NCBI RefSeq assembly: GCF_006345805.1
Contig: NC_043017.1
Span: forward strand, 31,000,001-31,064,000
Direction of reading: 5' to 3'
DNA from: Octopus sinensis
Taxonomy: Eukaryota
DNA length: 64,000 bases
The position numbers and the translations under genes are program-made. Positions 54,103-64,000 of the stretch are shown piece by piece. Each line of letters opens with the position of its first letter. Positions within the stretch are counted from its first letter, which is position 1. Below the pieces are notes generated by a model. The model searched no databases, was not told the DNA's origin, and saw only the letters and a list, made by a program, of their open reading frames with translations.

Positions 54103-54155
<53 letters not shown>

Positions 54156-54320
54156 CATCATCATCATCATCATCATCACTATCATCATCGTCGTCGTCAT
54201 CATCATCATCATCATCATCATCACCGTCATCATCATCATCATCGTCGTCGTCGTCGTCGTAGTCGTCGTCCTCATCATCATCATTATTATTATTATAATT
54301 ATTATTATTATTATTAGGCC
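53860..54320. repeat. Compound (ATT)n/(CAT)n/(CGT)n array
   Basis: Direct reading. Confidence 0.95.
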
Positions 54321-54462
54321 CATTAAATACAGATTTACAATGAATTACGAGAAGCACATGTTGTTGTGTATCTTACAACTGTCGTTGCAGTGTCAGAGGT
54401 GATGGGCATTGATTATTGGCAGTCAATGTTAGTCATGACTGTCAGTAGATGTGTATATGTTT

Positions 54463-54518
<56 letters not shown>

Positions 54519-55390
54519 GTGAATCTTCAAGTAGATGTAAATGTGAAATACCTATGCGAGCATATATGTGTTTGTGATGTAGTGTTTACGAGAATATGTG
54601 CTGGTACGTATGATTGTGAATGTAACTATGTATGCGTGTGAAGGGGACAATATATGTGTGCGTGTTTGTGTGTTTGAGATGTGTGTTTGTGAGTAAGTAT
54701 TGTTGTGAGAGTGGTTATGCGTAAATGAGAATTGGTGTACACGTGTGTGCATGTGTAATTATGTCTGTGATTGTGCAAGTATATGTATGCCTGCTTGTGT
54801 GTTTGAGAACATACACTAATATGTAGGATTGTACATGTGCACCATGTGTGAGAAAATGTTGCTGATGATGTGGACAGGTTAAAGACGATACCTACACATT
54901 AAGGATTTCTAACCCCATCACACTTTTTAAATCCCTCCATCTATCTGCGTGGGTGGAGAACTGAATCCATATCATATTGCAGTTATTCCACTGGCATATA
55001 TTCCAGTAAGTCCATAACAAAAACCGATTTCTGGGATTGCCGTCATACAAACCATATAATTTATTTACTCCAAAAATATATATTGGATTTTCATTGTATT
55101 TCATACACTCAGCATGTTACTGCAACAAATGTCATCGATTTTATTTAAATCCAGGTCAGCATTAATTGAGCAGAACTCTGACCCCATGTGTTCTCGCCAT
55201 GACCATCCATTTACTTATTAGATATTTTAAATAGGATCACATTGCTTAACCTGTCCACGCTTTCATCCCTCTTCCAGAGAGTAAAGCACTTTTCATTACT
55301 GTTGTTGTTGTTATTATTATTATGTGTATATATGTATATATGTGTATATGTCTATATGTATATGTGTAAAGAGACACATATACATAAATG

Positions 55391-55740
<350 letters not shown>

Positions 55741-55741
55741 A

Positions 55742-55780
<39 letters not shown>

Positions 55781-56114
55781 CATCTATCTATCTATCTATC
55801 CATCCATCCATCCATCAATCTATCTATGTATCTATATATCTATATATCTATCTATCTGTCTATGTGTATGTGTGTCTGTGTGTGTGTTTGCTGATCTATA
55901 CTTGTTCAGGGAACGCATGGAAGGAGTTGTCCCTGGAAGACATGAGATGAAGTGGTGCGAAAGGATCTCTATACATGGGGCCACACAAAGGGAATAAGAG
56001 AAGGGGTCGGGAATTCTGGAAAACATGACAAGCTAAGTAAAATCGTGGCTACTCTTGCATACAGGCATGCCCCCACTACATCCTCCTACAGCTAAGCAAT
56101 ACTAATCTTGTAGG

Positions 56115-56362
56115 CTCGTGGGTGCTGCTGACATTTAGAAAGCACCCGGGTCAGTGCTGCGTAGAAGGACACATGCCAATGATGTGTTAGATGCATCCGG
56201 TACACTCCATAGAGCGGTTGGTGTTAAGGATACGACATCTAATTGTAGAAAACCATGCCAAAGAAAAGAAACATGGATCCCGCGCAGCTCTTCAACTGGC
56301 CAGTTCCCCTCAAACCGTCCAACCCATGCCAGCAATGGAAAACATATGTTAAATTACGGTGG

Positions 56363-56429
<67 letters not shown>

Positions 56430-56667
56430 GATGATGGTGGTGATGATTATGATGATGATGGTGGTGGTGGTGGTGATGGTGATAAGATGATGATGACGAC
56501 GACGACGACGATGATGATGATGATGGTAATGATGATGATGATGATGATGATGGTGGTGGTGATGATGATTATGATGATGATGATGGTGGTGGTGGTGGTG
56601 ACAAGATGATGATGATGACGACGATGATGATGAGGAGGAGGAGGTGGAGGATTAGGAAGCGGAGGAA

Positions 56668-56704
<37 letters not shown>

Positions 56705-56840
56705 GTGAAGAGGATGATGATGATGATGATGGTGAGGATGATGATGATGATAATGATGATGATGAGGAGGATTAGGAAGAGGATGATGATGATGATGATG
56801 ACGACGACGACGACGACAATGACTACGGCGATGACGATGA
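56115..56840 (+). mobile_element. RTE-type 3' end (LINE UTR or SINE tail) with long (GAT)n tail
   Basis: ...agaaaaccatgccaaa...aaaccgtccaacccatgccagc.atggaaaac...gttaaa followed by (GAT)n. The family call is from recall. Confidence 0.6.
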
Positions 56841-57042
56841 CGTGTGCTTGTAAGATACTGCTTAGCTATAGTGATATCAATAACCAGTTGAATGAAATCG
56901 TTGTACTTATAATTTACAGTATCAGCAAAGTCTGGCAGTGAGATGGGAAATGTTACATATTCACCACTTTGGCCACTTATGGAAACCAGCAGGTCTATAA
57001 AGAGTGTAATATCAATCGCTAAAAGGATAGCGAAAAATACTC

Positions 57043-57089
<47 letters not shown>

Positions 57090-57453
57090 TTACGCGAGTA
57101 CGTGCATTGTTGATAGAGATGTCAGCATGAAAACTAATTATCAGAAAACTGCATTATTCTTACCAAAATATAGGCAGAAGAGAATTGATTTGCCCAATGG
57201 AAACACGTAATCAAAATGGCTATTTTTCGTACAAAATCGTACATTGTATAACAATACAAAAGGCATCCAGCCGGGACCATCTTGCTTCATTGTTTCAATT
57301 AAAGAATGTCTGATATGATTTCATAGAGGTTTATTTTATTTATTTCCTTTTGTTTCTTGGTATTTAGGAATTAGATGTTGCATAAAGCTAGAAATTCGTA
57401 GCATTTGTTAAATTTCATCTAGGAAAAGAAACATTCAACCTCTTTCTCTCTCG

Positions 57454-57502
<49 letters not shown>

Positions 57503-57806
57503 ATATATATAGATATACACATATATATATATATATATAAACTTATATATATACATACATACATACATCATATATTATATATATTACATACCTATATATA
57601 TATACATACCTATATATATATTATACTTACATACATATATATATATTATATACATATATATGTATGTAAGTATATATATATATATATATAGGTATGTATA
57701 TATATATATATGTATGTTATATATATATATATATATGTATTATGTAATATATATATATACTACCTATATATATATATATACATGCTATAATATATATATA
57801 TAGATC

Positions 57807-57900
<94 letters not shown>

Positions 57901-58315
57901 CGAAAGAGAAGACAGAGAGAGAGAAAGATCTCTTTTGTTACAACCGTGGTCTTCATCAGAAAGAATTTTCCTCAAATTGTCTCCCACAACATTATCAGTA
58001 AATCACACATCGAGTTCGTATACGTAAGCATGTAGGGGTAGGTGTTATATGCACACGTATGTATGGTGTGCATATGTTTGTCTATATATATATATGTGAG
58101 TGTATTTACGCATTCCTTTCTCTATCTATCTCTCTCTGTCTAACTTTCTATCTTGCTCTCTCTCAGTCTCCTTCAACTTCTCTATCTCTTTCTCTCTCTC
58201 CCCTTCTCTTTCTACACACACACATATATCTATGCACATCCACATACACATATATATGCATATCCATATCCATATCCATTTATATATATATATATATATA
58301 TATACATATACCATA

Positions 58316-58733
58316 GGTGCAGGAGTGGTTCTGTGGTAAGAAGCTTGCTTCTAAACCAAATGGTTCCGGGTTCAGTCCCAACCATGCCACCTTATGTAAG
58401 TGTCTTCTACTCTCGCCTTGGCCTGAACAACGCCTTGTGAGTGGATTTGATAGATGGAAATTGAAAGAAGCCCGTCATATTTATATATGTGTGTGTGCGT
58501 GTGTCTTTGTGTGTGTTTGTGTGTTTGTGTGTCTATGTTTGACCACCTCATCGCTTGACCACCGATGTTGGTCTGTACGTGACCCCGCAACTTAGCGGTT
58601 TCGCAAAAGAATCCGATAGAATAAGTACTAGGCTTACAAAGAGAATAAGTCCTAGAGTTGGTTTGTTTGACTAAAGTCAGTGTTCCAGCATGGCCGCAGT
58701 CAAATGACTGAAACAATCTAATGAATATAAGAG
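58316..58733 (+). mobile_element. SINE family A
   Basis: Homology to the other copies. Followed directly by an inverted diverged 3' half at about 58760-58990. Confidence 0.85.
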
Positions 58734-59099
58734 TATAAACACGTCTGCCTTCTTTGCTTATTTCAGTCATTAGACTTTGGCCAAGCTGCAGCACTACCAT
58801 GAAGTATTTTAGTCAAATGAATCGACCCCGGTACTTACTTTATTTTGTAGTCTGGTACTTACTTTATCAGTGTCTTTTGCTGAACCACTAGGGTACGAGG
58901 ATATGAACAGACCAACGATGTTTGTCAAATAGTCGTGTAGGACAAGCACAGACACAAAGATACACCTACACACACGCGCACACAAATGCATACAAACATA
59001 CACATATATATGTATGATTGATTGATTGATCGATTCTAGTTTCAGCTTATGAGGTGTGGCCATGCTGGGACACCGCCATGTATGTATATATATATATAT

Positions 59100-59300
59100 A
59101 CCTTTCAATATGTGACCTCGTGAGTACCGCCAGTGATTTTTTTCCCTCTGTCTTCCCGTCTCGGGATCTTTCATTCTCTTATGTTTCCGACGAAGAGCTC
59201 CGCTCAAAACGTTAAACCCTCCTTCTCCCCTTCTTTCCTCAGCGTCCAATAATACTTTATTTGTTCCACGTCCTCGCGTTCTGTGTTTTTTTGTGTTTCC
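59100..59300 (+). mobile_element. PLE-like remnant (CCGACGA hammerhead variant, GAAA decayed to AAAA)
   Basis: tttCCGACGAagagctccgctcaaaacgttaaa at 59184-59216. Homologous to 1400-1580. Confidence 0.6.
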
Positions 59301-59310
59301 TTGTTTGCAT

Positions 59311-59357
<47 letters not shown>

Positions 59358-59804
59358 TATGTGTATATGTATATGTATATTCATATACATATATACACAC
59401 ACATACACACACTCACATATATGAGAGGTTTCTTTCAGTTTTGGTGGACTTGTTCCACTCACTAGGTTTTGGCCTGCCCAAGGTTGTTGAAGAAGACACT
59501 TGCCAAGGTGCCATACAGATGGCACAAATTTGAATTCATAAGGCTAGGAAGATAACTTCTCATCACATTGTCATATTTGTATCTGTACACAATCATACTC
59601 ACAATCATATTTCACCTATACATAAATATATTTACATACAAACATATATATATTTATATTGACATTCATACATACTCTAACAATTCTGCCTCCTCACCAC
59701 CACCTTCTACTTTATGCATACTAATATAACGCTTCAAATATGAATATACACCCGTTACCTATTTTCCTATCTTTGATCACATTATTTACATAAATCCATT
59801 CATA

Positions 59805-60208
59805 GGCGCAGGAGTGGTTGTGTGGTAAGTAGTTTGCTAACCAAACACATGGTTCCGGGTTCAGTCCCACTGCGTGGCATCTTGGGCAAGTGTCTCCTGT
59901 ATAACCTCGGGTCGACTAATGCCTTGTGAGTGGATTTGGTAGACGGAAACTGAAAGAAGCCTGTCGTATATATGTCTATATATATGTATGTGTGTGTGTT
60001 TGTGTGTCTGTGTTTGTCCCCTTAGCATTGCTTGACAACCGATGCTGGTGTGTTTACGTCCCCGTCACCTAGCGGTTCGGCAAAAGAGACCGATAGAATA
60101 AGTACTGGGCTTACAAAGAATAAGTCCCGGGGTCGATTTGCTCAACTAAAGGCTGTGCTCCAGCATGGCCGCAGTCAAATAACTGAAACAAGTAAAAGAG
60201 TAAAAGAG
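59805..60208 (+). mobile_element. SINE family A, full length
   Basis: Homology to the other copies; gtaaaagagtaaaagag tail. Confidence 0.9.
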
Positions 60209-60464
60209 TATAGATAAACTTAGCAAGTTGACGGTAGGGTTAAGTCAATTACATTGATCCCCAGTGCTCAACTGGTGCCTACTATATCGAACCCGATAGG
60301 ATGGACGACAAAGTCAACCTCCGTGGAATTTAACTCAGAATATCAAGACGGATGAAAGGCCACTCACCATTATTCCCGGTATACGAACGATTCTGCACGC
60401 TTGTGGCGGTGAGACAAACTTGGTATAAGTTTATTTTAATCTGTCAATCTATCTATATCTTTCA

Positions 60465-60536
<72 letters not shown>

Positions 60537-60638
60537 CTTTATCTACCTATCTATCTATCCATCTTTCCATCTATCTGTCTATCATTTTATCTATCTATCT
60601 ATCTGTCTATCTACGTATCCATTTATCTATCTATCTAT

Positions 60639-60675
<37 letters not shown>

Positions 60676-60716
60676 GCTATTTATATACCCATCTATCTAT
60701 CTTTTTATTTATCTAC

Positions 60717-60753
<37 letters not shown>

Positions 60754-61729
60754 CATCTATCTATCTATTAATCTACCTATCTATCTATGTATCTATCTAC
60801 CTATCTATCCAGCTATCTATCTACCTCCCTATCAATCTATTTGTCAGTTTCTCTGTCCTTCTCTTTTTCTCCATATATATATATATATGTATATATATAT
60901 TTACATCTCTCTGTATATGTAGATAATTATATATATATAAGTATATATACATATACATACATACATATATATCTACATATATATATATATATATAAATAT
61001 ACATATATATATATGCATGTACGTATGTATGTATGTATGTATGTATGTATGTATGTATGTATGTATGTATGTATGTATGTATGTGTATGTATGTGTATAA
61101 ACATATAAACATATCAACACCATTATATATTATTTATATTTTACGACAGAAAATGCTGACATCCTTAGCAATCCCTTGTGGGCATAGGTAACAGAAGTTA
61201 GATATTTACAACGGGGAATTGAAACAAATTCACAGAATATTTTGGTTTTGTTGAGAGCTGAAATTACGACGTATCCCATGCCATACATACACACTACGTT
61301 TCACATCCCCTTGCCTCCAATGATTTATAAGTAACGGTGTGGTTTGTGTTACGTAGATTTATATCTCGCAGCACTAAGAGTTTCTGAATTATTTTTCTTC
61401 ATAAATTTCGTGGGAAAATGATTTATAATATTTATGGAATATGAAAAAAAAAAAGTTTTGGTTTTGTTGGTATTTTTTTAACATAAATCTGTTACTTGAA
61501 ATTTTACTGACAGATTTGGTATATTTTTTCGTGTTTTTTTTAATATTTAATTGAATTATGGAAACAGGATTGGCTCCATGGTAAGGGTGATTGGTTTTCA
61601 GCTTTCTTGCTCTTAATTAAATCTTAAAATCTTAATGGGCAGTGCCTCAGGAGAGAATTTATTAGTAGACTTAGGTAGATATAGTAGGGAGAGCAGAATT
61701 TAGTAGTTAGAAGCAGTCTAGAATTTACG

Positions 61730-61760
<31 letters not shown>

Positions 61761-62012
61761 ATTATAGCTATTATATATATATATACACACTGATTTGTTC
61801 TGCTTTTTATATTTAACCCCTACAGTCTCTTTTGGTGGTTTAATAAAGTATGTGATTGAGTATTATGTTGGTAATTGATATTTGATTGAGATGTATTTCT
61901 CCAATTTCTTATCTTGTTATATATAATCATATATCTATATATATATATATAATATATATATATATATATAATATATATATAGATATATATATTTTATATA
62001 TAATTATATATA

Positions 62013-62052
<40 letters not shown>

Positions 62053-62102
62053 TATATATATATAAATATATAAATATATATATATATACACAACAACACA
62101 TA

Positions 62103-62147
<45 letters not shown>

Positions 62148-62194
62148 CATATATACATATATATATATATATGGTACATATATATATATGTATA

Positions 62195-62234
<40 letters not shown>

Positions 62235-62631
62235 TATATATATATATATATACACATATACATATATACATATATACAAGCTGGGGCAAGTAATTGACGA
62301 TTTTAACTGAACAAATCTACCCCAGTACATATTTATTTAAGGATGGAAATTATTCTATTTGCCACTTTTGCCGAGCCACTAAGTTGCAGGAACATAAACA
62401 AAACGACACTAGTTTTCAAGTGATGGTAGTGGTGGCGGTGGCGGTGGCATGAAAGCAGCATATACATACAGAACCACACATCATCGCCCATGTCATATAT
62501 ATATATATGTATATATTAAATATATCTATATATATATATATATGTATATATAATATATATATATATAGATATATATATATGTATATATAAATATATATAT
62601 ATAGTATTTATTATTTATATATATATATATC

Positions 62632-62662
<31 letters not shown>

Positions 62663-62950
62663 TTATATATAGTTCAAATTAAAGAAAAGCAAAGACGAAG
62701 ATAGGTGTAGGAATTGTTTGATGCTCAGGAAAAATGGAAAAGTCCTTTACATTTTGAGCCGTCACACTCAGACAGAAAGGAATAAAAGGAAATAAATAAA
62801 GAGCAAATGATAAAAAAACGTGCTGAGTTTAGTGGTCCAACATGGCGAATGATTGGGAAAAAAAGACGTTGAATGAAAGGGAGATGATAATAAAAAGAGA
62901 GTTTGAATGAAGAGGAGATAAATCATAATAAATGTATGTATGTATGTATG

Positions 62951-62983
<33 letters not shown>

Positions 62984-63502
62984 TAATAATTATATATAAT
63001 TATAGTAATGGGATCAGGAAAGGGCCTTCTCCAACATCTTGAAGAAGACGCAAAAGGCGCTAAAACGACTCCGAGTAGCTCCTATAAAACACGGATTGTA
63101 AGCGAACAAATTAAAAATACTAAATAAAACTTCACAGTAAATTGTGTATGTGTCCACGTTTAGGATTAAAGGAAAAAGAGCTTATTTCCCATCTTCAGCA
63201 CAATATTAAGAGAAACATAATCGCAGGCACTTATACATACTCACACAAAGCGAAGGCATACCTCCATATACAAATTTCTGTATTTATGCACCAGATAAAA
63301 TTAAAATTTTTATATTGAAATTCATCTTATTTTTTTAATTGAAATAGCCTGCAGGAAATGCTATTTCGATCAGGAGCAAATATATTTTATTATTTGTTCT
63401 TAACAGAATTCAGGATGAAATCACGTTACTGATTATATCGAGTGGCCAGTATCAAATAAAAATTTGTAGGTAATTTATATACTAAATCAATATATATATA
63501 TG

Positions 63503-63587
<85 letters not shown>

Positions 63588-63591
63588 TGTA

Positions 63592-63664
<73 letters not shown>

Positions 63665-63665
<1 letters not shown>

Positions 63666-64000
63666 GCGCAGGTGGTGGCTGTGTGGTAAGTAGCTTGGTA
63701 ACCAGCCACATTGTTCGGGTTCAGTCCCACTGCGTGGCATCTTGGGCAAGTGTTTCTGCTATAGCCCGGGCCGACCAATGTCTTGTGAGTGGATTTTGGT
63801 AGACGGAAACTGAAAGAAGCTGTCGTATATCTATTATATATATATATATGTATGTGTTGTGGTGTGTGTGTGTGTGTGTGTGTTTGCCCCTACATTGCTG
63901 ACAACCGATGCTGGTGTTTACGTCCCGTCACTTAGCGGTTCGGCAAAAGAGACCGATAGAATAAGTACTGGGCTTACAAATAATAAGTCCTGGGGTCGAT
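63665..64000 (+). mobile_element. SINE family A (cut by the window end)
   Basis: Homology to the other family A copies. Confidence 0.9.

Overview
AT-rich, microsatellite-saturated eukaryotic DNA. The SINE and retroelement families match what I recall from octopod (Octopus) genomes; this is recall, not a database hit. I cannot support any intact protein-coding gene: nearly all ORFs in the supplied track are translations of simple repeats or SINEs. Supported content: three tRNA-derived SINE families plus an RTE-type tail; decayed LINE RT fragments (about 6.0-6.4, 39.5-40.2 and 50.5-50.9 kb); a Helitron Rep fragment (38.2 kb) and a complete non-autonomous Helitron (34.3-34.7 kb); Penelope-like remnants carrying minimal hammerhead ribozyme motifs, some with recurrent non-canonical cores; four fold-back elements; a near-identical 1.2 kb tandem duplication; and a 100-N gap. 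The most unusual structure is at 29.28-30.28 kb: a terminally redundant 489 bp unit that folds back twice at the same hairpin, giving a 400+ bp apparently perfect palindrome inside a (TA)n tract. It is either a real template-switch or hairpin-end rearrangement or a long-read artefact. A CpG-retaining promoter-like region (36.5-37.4 kb) and a well-delimited minus-strand exon-like segment (18134-18255) weakly suggest a minus-strand transcript.
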